64,000 nucleotides of DNA. Source: a virus. Lineage: Duplodnaviria > Caudoviricetes. The translations under genes and the position numbers were made by a program. Of the stretch, positions 39,300 through 49,405 are shown piece after piece. The number at the start of each line of letters is the position of its first letter. The first letter of the stretch is position 1. The stretch lies in IMG/VR virus record IMGVR_UViG_3300031555_002371, positions 32,001-96,000 of that record. One strand, written 5' to 3'. The notes under the pieces are model-generated. The model saw only the letters and a list, made by a program, of their open reading frames with translations, had not been told where the DNA came from and did no database searches.

Positions 39300-39836
39300 T
39301 TAAGCATTGGTCACATTCGCATTAGCCTGACCAAACAATTTCATAATTGTTCCCATATCTAAATTCGCACCATTCATTTTTCCAAAAAGAGAAGTAATTT
39401 TCTCAATGTTTTCCGGAGTAAGTGCGCTATTCATATTATCGACTACCTGCATAATAACCTTTTTGATAAGTTCGACTGCTCCAAATACCGAGGTTTTCTT
39501 CTGCTCAACAATCTTCATTGCTTCGCCATACGCTGTTGCAAATGTAAGAGAGTATTCGTTGGTTTTCAAAGATTCATTAAAGCAATGAATAAACTGTTTA
39601 TCGGCAACAATACTTTCCATTTCAAGAGCATCAACTACATTATGGGGAATGTCTGCATCAAACTTACTCTCTTTTACGCACTCATTATAAAAAACTCTCA
39701 TTGCATTGAGCAAACCGATATGTGGGGTATATTCTCCGTTAGTGTCAAAATATTCGAGTGCAATATCGTTTACGGCAGATACGAAACCCACAATGCTCAA
39801 ATTGGTGTCAATAACCATTGTATTATTCTGTTCCAT
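39300..39836 (-). CDS. hypothetical protein (possible tail assembly chaperone)
   Basis: ORF with SD between the major tail gene and tape measure. Confidence 0.5.
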   Translation of the reverse strand: MEQNNTMVIDTNLSIVGFVSAVNDIALEYFDTNGEYTPHIGLLNAMRVFYNECVKESKFDADIPHNVVDALEMESIVADKQFIHCFNESLKTNEYSLTFATAYGEAMKIVEQKKTSVFGAVELIKKVIMQVVDNMNSALTPENIEKITSLFGKMNGANLDMGTIMKLFGQANANVTNA

Positions 39837-39864
39837 TCTTGTATTAACTCCTTTAAGTTCTTGT

Positions 39865-40386
39865 TTATTTAATTAAATTATTTCTGGACAAAAAACAATC
39901 CAAATCATATGTATATCTTGTCCTCTTTTTCTTTTGTGGTATTGTAAAAAAAGGAATCTTATGTTCCTCAAGGTCTTTTAGTGTAAAACTCTTTTTTGGC
40001 AAAAGAGTCATCACCTTGTTCATATCTTTTATATTAAGAAAAATTGTTTTTTCTAATTCTCTAAATTCAATGAGCAACCCACACGTTATCCCGTCGTATT
40101 TATCCCATTCATTTAGGCTGGTTATTTGATGTGTGTGTATTACTCCTTTATCATCCTTGTTTCGTTCAAAAGATATGGATTTACCGGCAACAGTTTTAGC
40201 TTCTATCGCATATAAGATATGTCTTTTAGAATCCCATAATAAAAAATCAAAAGGATTCTTTGCGGAAAAACGAAGGTTGTTGCTTCCACCAAATGATTGT
40301 GCTGGGTCAGATAACCTATGTAATAGTGCATAATCTGGGACAGACTTTGATAACTGTGATTCAAAAATCTTGCCTATTCCTTGTAT
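39865..40386 (-). CDS. RecU-like Holliday junction resolvase
   Basis: GKIFE, NPFDF, AIEAKT, IHTHQI; start probably the ATA at 40386. Confidence 0.75.
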   Translation of the reverse strand: MQGIGKIFESQLSKSVPDYALLHRLSDPAQSFGGSNNLRFSAKNPFDFLLWDSKRHILYAIEAKTVAGKSISFERNKDDKGVIHTHQITSLNEWDKYDGITCGLLIEFRELEKTIFLNIKDMNKVMTLLPKKSFTLKDLEEHKIPFFTIPQKKKRTRYTYDLDCFLSRNNLIK

Positions 40387-40402
40387 AACAACCACCACCG
40401 TT

Positions 40403-40630
40403 TTATTTTGGTCTATTCTCAATCCATTTCTTATACACAAAATTTGTTTCGCTTTTTAGATACCAGCAAGTTAATTTGCCTGGCTCTCCTTCTTTTTCCC
40501 AAATAAACTTTGGCTGGCAGCCGTGTTTTGCATAGAAAATCTGTTGTTTAATGAAATCAATAGGGACAAGATTTTCTCTGCCGTAGCACTCAAATGCCTC
40601 CTCTAACGATTCAAAATCAATAGTTTTCAT
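40403..40630 (-). CDS. small hypothetical protein
   Basis: QQIFYAKHGCQP..VYKKW; start uncertain. Confidence 0.55.
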   Translation of the reverse strand: MKTIDFESLEEAFECYGRENLVPIDFIKQQIFYAKHGCQPKFIWEKEGEPGKLTCWYLKSETNFVYKKWIENRPK

Positions 40631-40745
40631 TTCTTTTTTCTCCATTCTTGCGAAAAAAATAGGAGACGAACACTTGATTGCATAGTATATTTGCTTCAAG
40701 AGAACGCCTCCTCGTCTATTTCTCATAACTACTATACAAGCTGTA

Positions 40746-41009
40746 TTATTCTGCGTCTTTAACAGTTTCGTCCGTTTCTTCTACGGGGTTTTCGTCAACA
40801 GTTGTTTTCTTAAAATTTCTCTTTTTATGAGAAATAACTACTTCTTCTTCAATTTCAATATTCTCAACAATTGTGTATTTGCCATCTTCATGCTTTACAA
40901 ATACAGTTTTCGCATCTTTATTAATAGATGGAAATTGGATTTCAATATTATCAAATCTTACAACCGTTACAGCCTTATTGTTGAGAATAACAGGACACTC
41001 TTTTGTCAT
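40746..41009 (-). CDS. hypothetical protein
   Basis: AAGGAG SD, 87 aa. Confidence 0.6.
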   Translation of the reverse strand: MTKECPVILNNKAVTVVRFDNIEIQFPSINKDAKTVFVKHEDGKYTIVENIEIEEEVVISHKKRNFKKTTVDENPVEETDETVKDAE

Positions 41010-41072
41010 AGCAATTCTCCTTTAATAAGAATCAGCGGGAGTTTCTTACTCCCGCCAATTAACAGCTATAAA

Positions 41073-41822
41073 TTACTCTGCAGCTTCGGTATCTTCCATG
41101 ATATCCATAACGTCGCCATTCTTATCTGCAAGCAGATTGAATGTAAGAGTTACAGAAGTAGGGTCGCCCTCAGAGCTGAAAGAAAGCTCAAAGTTTCTCT
41201 CAACAGAAGCCTTGTACGCAGTGATGATGTAAGGGGTCAAAACGCCTTCCTCATCCTTTTCAACAGTGTTCATAGTAATGAAATAATCCTTGGGAACTCT
41301 CTTGTTGTTGAAAGAAACACGCTTAACACCAGCAGTACGGTTAACAATATAACCAATTTCATACTCTGCTCCGGAAGTAATGGCGGAAGTCTCAGTAGGT
41401 GTGAACACACCACTTGCAAAAGTACCCGCAATCAATGCAGTTTCATCACCGAAAGAACCAGCAGGATAAACGAAAACAGTACCGGTCTTAACGTTTCCGG
41501 AAGTTGTTTCAATCTTGATAGTAGAATCGTCAGCAGTTACCTTCTTATGTACTGCCTGGATACCAGTGGACTCAATAGTACCATCAGAGAACAAAGAATA
41601 GAACTTGAACGGAATAACCTGTGCCTCGATAGTCATAGTGCCTTCAAGGGGGTTATGGAAAGCGATAGCTCTCTGACCTTTTGCCATGGCATAAACACTA
41701 TCGCCACTCAATCCAGCAGTTGTAGTATTAGCTGTATCGAAAAACAGGAAAGGTGCGAGTGTTTTCAAAACACGAATATCAACGTCGCAAACCTGTCTAT
41801 TAGCCTTATTTAATTCTGGCAT
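41073..41822 (-). CDS. major tail (tube) protein
   Basis: ANRQVCDV, VYAMAKG, FELSFSSEGDPTSVTLTF; followed by the hairpin 41035-41056. Confidence 0.8.
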   Translation of the reverse strand: MPELNKANRQVCDVDIRVLKTLAPFLFFDTANTTTAGLSGDSVYAMAKGQRAIAFHNPLEGTMTIEAQVIPFKFYSLFSDGTIESTGIQAVHKKVTADDSTIKIETTSGNVKTGTVFVYPAGSFGDETALIAGTFASGVFTPTETSAITSGAEYEIGYIVNRTAGVKRVSFNNKRVPKDYFITMNTVEKDEEGVLTPYIITAYKASVERNFELSFSSEGDPTSVTLTFNLLADKNGDVMDIMEDTEAAE

Positions 41823-41854
41823 AATTATTTCCTCCTAAATTATTTATAATTGAT

Positions 41855-42655
41855 TTATTTTTTATCATAAGTATTTTTATACCATAGGGCGGCATCGAAA
41901 GTTTTCTTTTCATCGCCCCAAGCAGAAACACGAGCGGCATCAATGTCGTAAAATGCATTTGCTTGCAAACGATTAAAAGAGTCAAGCAACTGAAAAACAG
42001 TATAATCCCATATGTTAATCAAATTAATTGATGGATGTCTGCTTGCAACAGAAGATATAATATTTGGTATCGACAAATTTATATCATTCTTTGCGGCTGC
42101 TCGTTTTTCTTTTTGCCCTTTAAGTATCTTTAAATAATTCTTTTTTGCTTTTTCATTCTTGAATTTTAAGTTATCGAGCGGCTCATCTTCTGGTTCGTTT
42201 ATACCTAAAATCTGCTGAATAATATTAAGAATTTGCAAAAAAGAATTTTCTTTGACTACCCCACAAATATCTTTGGGATTAATCTTTTCGATATCCTCAA
42301 CATCGTTTTTTAACAAAACAAAAAAGCCTTCCGTGAAAATCACTTTTTCAAGGAAGAAGAAATTAAATATATCAAGATAGATATTTCTGGCTTTTTCATC
42401 TTGTAAAATGACCGAATACATTGTCATCTCGTCTTTGGTATCTTCATCAAGCGACTCCCACATAGTGTTGTCGGTTGATATACTACCATAATATTTATCG
42501 GGTGTCATTTTCAAAAACACCTGAAAGAAATTAAATTTTTCAAATGACATATCTGCCAATGTATTCGCAATCTCTCGCAATGTTGGCTTCCTTAATGTCC
42601 CGACAGACAGCTTAATCGGGGAAGGACTTAGTTGCGTTCCGTAGTCTAAACGCAT
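41855..42655 (-). CDS. tail assembly/neck protein
   Basis: KPTLREI, INIWDYTVFQLLDSFNRL; position. Confidence 0.55.
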   Translation of the reverse strand: MRLDYGTQLSPSPIKLSVGTLRKPTLREIANTLADMSFEKFNFFQVFLKMTPDKYYGSISTDNTMWESLDEDTKDEMTMYSVILQDEKARNIYLDIFNFFFLEKVIFTEGFFVLLKNDVEDIEKINPKDICGVVKENSFLQILNIIQQILGINEPEDEPLDNLKFKNEKAKKNYLKILKGQKEKRAAAKNDINLSIPNIISSVASRHPSINLINIWDYTVFQLLDSFNRLQANAFYDIDAARVSAWGDEKKTFDAALWYKNTYDKK

Positions 42656-43143
42656 TATCTAAAAGAGGGTACATCAAAGTAAAGAATGCACCCATAGAAT
42701 CTATTGGCATTATAAATATCAACGCTGTCTAATTTCAATTTACCAATGCCGAAGCTATTCGCCACTTCTTCATCGTTGATTAATGTATCTTCTACCATTT
42801 GAGAAAGAATATCAATTCTGTCTCCGTAATAACCCTCTTTGAAATAGTTCTCTAAAATATCTCTGGAACAAATTAAATACATTACTACTCGGCAACTTTT
42901 AATTTGCTCCTGCAAAGAGGGAATTGCTACATCATAAAAGATGAATGTTTTGGCTTCTGTAATCGTGTCATCTATAAATAAATGTGATTTCACATATTGT
43001 TTAAAATTCGTCCGAATTTCTGAATTACTCATTCCGGTTGTATCACCCAAAAGCATTTCTCGTATGTTTTCATTTTTGTAAAGGGCTGTGGTGATTTCAC
43101 TTTTGAATTTTCCACGCTCAATTAAAGTCTTTTTTCTTGCCAT
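42655..43143 (-). CDS. tail terminator-like protein
   Basis: RIDILSQMVE..FGIGKL; position. Confidence 0.55.
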   Translation of the reverse strand: MARKKTLIERGKFKSEITTALYKNENIREMLLGDTTGMSNSEIRTNFKQYVKSHLFIDDTITEAKTFIFYDVAIPSLQEQIKSCRVVMYLICSRDILENYFKEGYYGDRIDILSQMVEDTLINDEEVANSFGIGKLKLDSVDIYNANRFYGCILYFDVPSFR

Positions 43144-43154
43144 AATTTACCCCT

Positions 43155-44234
43155 TTATATAAATGCTTTTATTGTGATGGTAATAGACTTGGTTTCATAG
43201 CCGTCACCACTTAACAATAGCTCAAATGAATTATTGACCAATTTGGCATTATCGACAGAAATCATGATTGAGTTGTCAACATACTCAACAATCAACTGGT
43301 CTGCAAAATCACAATTGATTTCCCATGTTGGAGCAATTGTATTAATTTTGTTCCCGCTATCATCATAAAAACACGCTGTAAATACACTGGCTTCTATTCC
43401 GTCAAAGATTTCAAGGCTTTCATACTCAATATCTGATGATAAAAGAACGCTTTTATCTTGTGTTTCCTCTGCAATAATTCCATCACATAACCAATATCCA
43501 TGTCCATCTATTAAGTAATATCCATCACCAGAATGTTGTTCATCCTGGGAAGCTATAAACTCAAAAAACCCATTGCCTTGATAATCGTATAGCACCGAGT
43601 CGGCTCGTGTTAATTCATATGTAGCTACAGGCTTTGATGTATCTTTAACAACATTTTCATCAAAACTCTTTTCATAAACACCACATCTCTTATCAATAAT
43701 AAAACGCTTGCCACTATCGAGCGACAAACATTCTATATCGTCTGGCGTATATACCATGAGTTGGTCACTCCTTAAAGAGTAATTTGTATTACTTGTTTCG
43801 CCATTATTATATTGAGAAGCGGATTGCAGCCTGCACCATCTTTGAATAATCTTTCCTGCTTCATTTACCCATGTTAATTGATAATTGCATAAATATAAGA
43901 TGGCTTTTTCGTACATATGGTTATCATCTACAAAGCCGACAATTAACCAATATCTATTTTTGTATTTAACATACATTCCTGCGCGGCAAGTGCCAATAGG
44001 TACTAACATACGACGTTGAGTTGAATTCAACTGTGTGTCCTGTACGCTACCTTGAATAATTGCTCTGGTTGGAACGCATTGTGATAGGTCATAATTGCAT
44101 AATTCTACATCACATCCCAAACTTGAATACAAGGCTTCGAGAAATGCGTCAGAAGCACAATTGTTAAAATCTTCGCTTTCAAAACCGCTAACATAATCGT
44201 GATTTGAATTCAAAAGATACCATTCTTTTGCCAT
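43155..44234 (-). CDS. head closure-like protein with C-terminal Ig-like domain
   Basis: AGMYVKYKNRYWLI..LCNYQLTW; position after the adaptor. Confidence 0.6.
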   Translation of the reverse strand: MAKEWYLLNSNHDYVSGFESEDFNNCASDAFLEALYSSLGCDVELCNYDLSQCVPTRAIIQGSVQDTQLNSTQRRMLVPIGTCRAGMYVKYKNRYWLIVGFVDDNHMYEKAILYLCNYQLTWVNEAGKIIQRWCRLQSASQYNNGETSNTNYSLRSDQLMVYTPDDIECLSLDSGKRFIIDKRCGVYEKSFDENVVKDTSKPVATYELTRADSVLYDYQGNGFFEFIASQDEQHSGDGYYLIDGHGYWLCDGIIAEETQDKSVLLSSDIEYESLEIFDGIEASVFTACFYDDSGNKINTIAPTWEINCDFADQLIVEYVDNSIMISVDNAKLVNNSFELLLSGDGYETKSITITIKAFI

Positions 44235-44248
44235 ACCAAATCACCACC

Positions 44249-44638
44249 TTATGAATATGCCGTAGGTTTTTGATTGTCGGTCATTCCAGAAGATTTTTCT
44301 ACATAATAATCCAACTCGGTTTTTGCCGCTGTCTTTGTATGACCAGCTCCATCTATCGAAATATCTTTACCAACAATAGAAACCTGTTTATTTACCTTTG
44401 ACAACTCCCGTTCTTGATATGATTGTCTCATGTACGATGCAAGAGTATCAATTACGTACATATCAAGAACACAGTCAAATTCCAATGTTATAACATCAAA
44501 AGTTAATGGGTCAAGCTCTATTGAATATCTCGCAATAGCTCTTTTTAACCAAATCAATTCGAGTTCTTCTGGGAGAACTACGCGGTCACGGAATGATGAT
44601 TCAAAACACTCGAACACTTCTTTTGCTGTTGTGTTCAT
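44249..44638 (-). CDS. head-tail adaptor-like protein
   Basis: size and position after the capsid genes. Confidence 0.55.
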   Translation of the reverse strand: MNTTAKEVFECFESSFRDRVVLPEELELIWLKRAIARYSIELDPLTFDVITLEFDCVLDMYVIDTLASYMRQSYQERELSKVNKQVSIVGKDISIDGAGHTKTAAKTELDYYVEKSSGMTDNQKPTAYS

Positions 44639-44653
44639 TGCTTTTTACCGCCT

Positions 44654-45148
44654 TTATTGCACTCTATACCCAGTATATTCTTCCACAAATCGAATCTTGG
44701 AATAGTCATTGATTTTAAGACGTTTAATCGCCTGAATCAATGCATATTTCTCGGCTCTTGTATAGAAGTTTTCCTTGCAAGCCTTTTCAAAGGACGCCTG
44801 TGTCTTTGAGTCAAAAACCTCTTTTACCTTTGCATCTGAGAAAATATTCTGCTTGATCTCTCCATTCTCACTCTCAAAATCAAGATAAACACGTGTTGCG
44901 GTGTCATCAATGTAGAGAGTCGCATGGCTACCATCACCATTTAATCCGCAAAATAATTTGTTTCCATTTTGCACTTGTGAAATAATCTCGTTACGAGACA
45001 ATCTTGTTGTTCCTTCGGGGGTGATGGTAACGTCTCCTACGGATTCAATTCTTGTAAAACCCGTACTCCAACCAGCAATGCTTCGAACCGTTACCTTTGC
45101 GTCAAGATTCAATTCCTGCACATCCTGTGCTGTGTTTTTTTCTGCCAT
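44654..45148 (-). CDS. hypothetical head-module protein
   Basis: GAGGT SD; ORF after the major capsid gene. Confidence 0.6.
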   Translation of the reverse strand: MAEKNTAQDVQELNLDAKVTVRSIAGWSTGFTRIESVGDVTITPEGTTRLSRNEIISQVQNGNKLFCGLNGDGSHATLYIDDTATRVYLDFESENGEIKQNIFSDAKVKEVFDSKTQASFEKACKENFYTRAEKYALIQAIKRLKINDYSKIRFVEEYTGYRVQ

Positions 45149-45184
45149 TTTCAATACCTCATTTCAACTATTTTTAATATGATA

Positions 45185-45373
45185 TCAACTAAAATCATGT
45201 TTTACTTTGTTATATGAAACGATAATTTCGTCTAATTTCTCTGACTTCTTAAATACCCAATATCTTTTGCCACTCAATGAGTTAATTCTTGATGCATAAC
45301 ATTTAATACCAAAAGCCGAGATATAATGGAACAGCTTTAATGAATAGCAATAGAAATTATCTTTTCCTTCCAT
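45185..45373 (-). CDS. DUF5659-like small protein
   Basis: FYCYSLKL..RYWVFKKSEKL. Confidence 0.6.
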   Translation of the reverse strand: MEGKDNFYCYSLKLFHYISAFGIKCYASRINSLSGKRYWVFKKSEKLDEIIVSYNKVKHDFS

Positions 45374-45399
45374 AATTATCTCCCTATGTTATATAGAAA

Positions 45400-45432
45400 A
45401 AGTAGGGTATAGCAAGATACCATACCCTACTT
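45400..45432 (-). terminator. terminator after the major capsid gene
   Basis: AAGTAGGGTAT/ATACCCTACTT with U-tail. Confidence 0.75.
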
Positions 45433-45447
45433 AAATCTATTTATGTA

Positions 45448-46551
45448 TTACTCCAAGCCACCAACATTGGTATCGTAAAGAATACCAATCTTGTGTTCCT
45501 GACCCTTTGCAACGTCGCAACCGATTTCGATGTCGAAACGAGTAAGAATCTTACCAGTCTTAACATCGTTACCAGTCATAGAGGTAAGACCACCACGACT
45601 GTAAGTAGCGATAGGAGACTTCACGCCAGCAGGGATAACAAAACCAAGACCAGCGGGAAGCAGAGTCTTGAAGTTAGAACCATCTGCATTAGTCTCGTAG
45701 AGGTTATAGGGGTTCTCCATTTCAGCAAGGATTGCACCATTGTACATAGACAATGCGCCAGTCTGTGCAATCTCATTCATAGCCTTCTCGGAAATACCGG
45801 TAATAGTGTTGCCGTTTACAGAACCAACATAACCAGCCCAAGGGGTGAACTGTGAAATCAATGCATAGTCACCGATAACAGTGGGGCGACCATTTCTACG
45901 AACATTAGTAAGCACAGCATCAACGCCAGCCTTTGTCAAGCCACCACCCTCGAATGTGTACTTAACACCAGTAGCAGCTTGAATAGCCTTGTAAACACGG
46001 TTTACAATAGCGAGTTTTGCACGATTGAGGATGTCAGTCTTAACATGAGCAATACCCTCATTTTCCTTGCTCATATCACCAAGGGCAACTCTACGGTAGT
46101 CAACTGCATAACCACCAGAAACGGTGAATGTAGAAACAGGGTAGGTTTCCTTAACAATAGCAGGGAATACAACGTCGCCGCCAGCAGCCTGTTCACGAGA
46201 ACGCTCGCCAACTTCATTGTAAATCTCACGCTCGATAGTTTCATCGTAACCAACGTGCTGGTAAGAACCGAAGATACCAAGCAACTTCAATTCCTCCATA
46301 ACGGGTGCTTCAAGAACGAAACGTCTTAAAGTGTTAAGCTCGGTAATAGCAACAACATCACCATTCTCTGCACGTGCGCCGAGGTTAGTGATATATTTAA
46401 CCGCTTCGTCAGCTTTCTTACCGAATCTGGAAAGTTCCTCGCCGTTTACCATAGCGGCGAAAATTTCAACAACAGGGGAAGTTCTTGTGAACTTGCCGTT
46501 GAATACATCAGCATCTTTACGAATGTTATTTAATTCAAAACTTGTATTCAT
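45448..46551 (-). CDS. major capsid protein
   Basis: 367 aa, after scaffold and decoration genes, strong terminator. Confidence 0.8.
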   Translation of the reverse strand: MNTSFELNNIRKDADVFNGKFTRTSPVVEIFAAMVNGEELSRFGKKADEAVKYITNLGARAENGDVVAITELNTLRRFVLEAPVMEELKLLGIFGSYQHVGYDETIEREIYNEVGERSREQAAGGDVVFPAIVKETYPVSTFTVSGGYAVDYRRVALGDMSKENEGIAHVKTDILNRAKLAIVNRVYKAIQAATGVKYTFEGGGLTKAGVDAVLTNVRRNGRPTVIGDYALISQFTPWAGYVGSVNGNTITGISEKAMNEIAQTGALSMYNGAILAEMENPYNLYETNADGSNFKTLLPAGLGFVIPAGVKSPIATYSRGGLTSMTGNDVKTGKILTRFDIEIGCDVAKGQEHKIGILYDTNVGGLE

Positions 46552-46576
46552 AATTCTTATTCTTCCTTTCTAAAAA

Positions 46577-46981
46577 TTAGGCTACAACAACTTTAGCCTT
46601 GATTGCCTTTTCGGTGAGACGGGTGTCAACGTCTGTAACAACGAGATGAACACCAGCAGCCTCGCCGGTTGTCAACGCGCCATCCTCTGCGGGAACAAGA
46701 ACTGTGCCAACAGTAGCAGCCTCAATGCCACCGGTAATGTGCTTGCCATCAATAACGAGCTTCTGTCCTTCCCAAGCCTTAAGCGCATAACCATTAAGAT
46801 ACTCGCCAGCGGGAATTACAACATCTTCTCTATATGCGTTGTCACCTGTAACGGTGTTAGCAACGAGATAAACAATATCATCAACTGTGATGAAGGAATA
46901 ATTCTTTACATCCTTCTCAGCCTTTAAAACGGGATTAACCTTTGCAACTTCAATCATCCCTAAACTTTCGATTTTGATCAT
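46577..46981 (-). CDS. head decoration protein (putative)
   Basis: small beta-rich ORF between scaffold and major capsid. Confidence 0.6.
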   Translation of the reverse strand: MIKIESLGMIEVAKVNPVLKAEKDVKNYSFITVDDIVYLVANTVTGDNAYREDVVIPAGEYLNGYALKAWEGQKLVIDGKHITGGIEAATVGTVLVPAEDGALTTGEAAGVHLVVTDVDTRLTEKAIKAKVVVA

Positions 46982-47005
46982 AATTTAAATCTTCCTTTCT
47001 ATAAA

Positions 47006-48211
47006 TTAAAAAATATTTGTATCTTCTGCTTCGGGAGCATCAACGCTTACCTCTGCGAAAATATCTTCAACGCTTGCATTTGCTGCGTTCTGTTCTGAAA
47101 CAACCGCATCTGCCTCGCTCTTTGCCTTCTTGCCGATGCCCTCATAAATTTTGCTTACAATAGAATTAATCTCGGAAGCAATGGGGTCAGCATTGAATGC
47201 ATCAATTTCAGCCTGCGCATATGCCTTTTCCTCATCAGAGAAATCAGCGATAGCCGCATTAAGCTCGCCTACACGTTTTTCAGCCTGTGCTTTACCAAGT
47301 TCCACACGGAGAACTTTCATTTCCTCGTAGAGAGCATCAAGCTTCTGATAAGCCTCGTCTCTCTCTTTTTGACAAGCATCGAGAGCTGCCTGAATCTTTT
47401 CGACATCTGCGATAGCTTCATTCTTTTCGGCTTCAATAGCCTCTACCTTTGCATTAGCCTCGCTTACTTTCTTATCACACTCATCTTTGCACTGATTGAT
47501 TTCTGCTGTTCGAGCGGAAACTTCCTCAACAGTCTTTTCGATGAGATTCTTAATTTCAAGTTCGTTCATTGAGACTGTTTCCTCCTTATTATCATTATTT
47601 TTTTCATTTAATTCGAGAATTGTCGCCATAGGGTCAGCGGGTTTTACGCCGATAAGGGCGAATCCTGAATGTTCAAATACTGTGGGAATTCTGCCGATAT
47701 CTTTGTAACCATATTTATACACAATGCCATCATTGTCGTTTGTTTTTAAAATCTCTATACTGCCACTTGGCAACATCCCGTTTGCTATGTCATTTTCGAG
47801 CTTTTCGCAGAAATTATGGTAGCAACAACCATCAATTGTTCCAACGCCGATACAAGCCGTAATTGTAGTTCCATCGGGCAAAGTCACATCGTCGATGTAA
47901 CCACTATCAAATGTGCCGATTACGACTGCGTTTTCAAAAATAGGAAGCCCATCAACAATTCCTGTTTCGCCGTGACCGCATAACTCTGTTCTTTCTTCGT
48001 CAAGAAACTCACATCTCAAACTCATACCTTTGATACTCGGTAATGCGTTTTCACAATATTCTCGTATCCATGTAATACCGTTTTCGTTGTATTGAGTTCC
48101 TACTTCATTTTCTTCGTCTATACAATCATCCGGAAAAATCTGATACAATAACATTTTGAATTTCCGTCTGCCGTTTTTGGTTTTCTTTTTAGAAAGTTCA
48201 AATATTTTCAC
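47006..48211 (-). CDS. prohead protease/scaffold
   Basis: NENG, CGHG, GSIEI, ALIGVKPA followed by an acidic coiled coil. Confidence 0.7.
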   Translation of the reverse strand: MKIFELSKKKTKNGRRKFKMLLYQIFPDDCIDEENEVGTQYNENGITWIREYCENALPSIKGMSLRCEFLDEERTELCGHGETGIVDGLPIFENAVVIGTFDSGYIDDVTLPDGTTITACIGVGTIDGCCYHNFCEKLENDIANGMLPSGSIEILKTNDNDGIVYKYGYKDIGRIPTVFEHSGFALIGVKPADPMATILELNEKNNDNKEETVSMNELEIKNLIEKTVEEVSARTAEINQCKDECDKKVSEANAKVEAIEAEKNEAIADVEKIQAALDACQKERDEAYQKLDALYEEMKVLRVELGKAQAEKRVGELNAAIADFSDEEKAYAQAEIDAFNADPIASEINSIVSKIYEGIGKKAKSEADAVVSEQNAANASVEDIFAEVSVDAPEAEDTNIF

Positions 48212-48249
48212 TTCATATTCACCGCCTTTCCTTATAGCGTTTGTATATT

Positions 48250-48274
48250 AAAAAGGCTACGAAAGCGTAGCCTT
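48250..48274 (-). terminator. terminator after the endolysin
   Basis: AAGGCTACG/CGTAGCCTT with U-tail. Confidence 0.75.
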
Positions 48275-48290
48275 AATAACCATATAAGTA

Positions 48291-49337
48291 TTAAACTTTC
48301 GTCAAATACTTCTTATCAACATTGCCTGTTACCGCTCCAACTTTTAGTGTTGAAACTGTAATTTTATTTCCGTCAACTCCACGAACATACAACGTCGAAT
48401 TATACACCCAAGACTGAAATTTAATTGTTTTTCCATACATAGGTGCATCCTTTTGTATTTTAACTTTATCGCCTTTTTCAAAAATGATTTCGGTTACAAC
48501 GGGTGTTTTCGTTGGAATTTTAATCTTTTGACCGACATTAATAATGTTCGGGTTGGCAATATTGTTATACTTTGCAAGTTCTTGATAGGTTGTTCCAAAT
48601 TTCTTTGCAATAATAGAGAGAGTATCTCCATTCCTAACAATATAAATAGTGTCTGTTGTGGGTTCTTTCTTTTCTTCGGCTAATAATGCCGCGACATCAT
48701 TTCTAACATTATCCATTGTGTATCCGTACTTCTTAAACCAGGAATAAATATCTCCATGATTTCCGCCGAGCTTCAATTTATAACTATCTGCATGGCACAG
48801 AATTGTAGGTACACTAACTCCGTTATACAATACCGTACCCAATGGGTCGATATTGAACAACTTACAAATATATGCGGTAAATTCACAGGCTTCTTTATAT
48901 GCTTTTAAGAAATAATCTTTATCGTCATATCCGTCATCGCAAATTTCAAATTGAAGCCAAAAATCATTTGTCCGTATGGTTTGACCGTTCTTCTTAATAT
49001 AACCATTACAAGAACCGAGTGTGCCTGCGCCGCATCCCCAAGGTTGTCGTTCCCATTCTCCGGCTTGGATTGTAGCAATCGAACCATCCGCTAACTTGCC
49101 AATCCATGCATTTAATCCTGCCTCATGACTAATATGATTCCAGTCATTGCCGTACTTATTTTTTCCGATTAAGGATATTAATTTATCATAATCTTCATCG
49201 CCATCATAAGGTTGTACATATCTTTTGAGATTGGGGTTTCCAGCGCCGGTATCATGCCAAAGAATTCCAATAGGTTTACCCATACGTGCGCCTTTATACC
49301 ATGTACTATGTGTTTGGAAGCATTTAATTAAATTCAT
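48291..49337 (-). CDS. N-acetylmuramoyl-L-alanine amidase with LysM (endolysin)
   Basis: ILWHDTG, QFEICDD, ILCHAD..NHGD; LysM YIVRNGDTLSIIAKKF..NPNIINVGQKIKIP. Confidence 0.9.
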   Translation of the reverse strand: MNLIKCFQTHSTWYKGARMGKPIGILWHDTGAGNPNLKRYVQPYDGDEDYDKLISLIGKNKYGNDWNHISHEAGLNAWIGKLADGSIATIQAGEWERQPWGCGAGTLGSCNGYIKKNGQTIRTNDFWLQFEICDDGYDDKDYFLKAYKEACEFTAYICKLFNIDPLGTVLYNGVSVPTILCHADSYKLKLGGNHGDIYSWFKKYGYTMDNVRNDVAALLAEEKKEPTTDTIYIVRNGDTLSIIAKKFGTTYQELAKYNNIANPNIINVGQKIKIPTKTPVVTEIIFEKGDKVKIQKDAPMYGKTIKFQSWVYNSTLYVRGVDGNKITVSTLKVGAVTGNVDKKYLTKV

Positions 49338-49405
49338 TTAATCACCCTATTCGTCAAAAAAAAGAGCTGTTTTATAACGACTCTTTGGTTTCTATATAAT
49401 ATCTA

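Noticed and set aside
40827-41813. 328-aa plus-strand ORF
   Set aside because: Antisense shadow of the major tail gene; no recognisable motifs.
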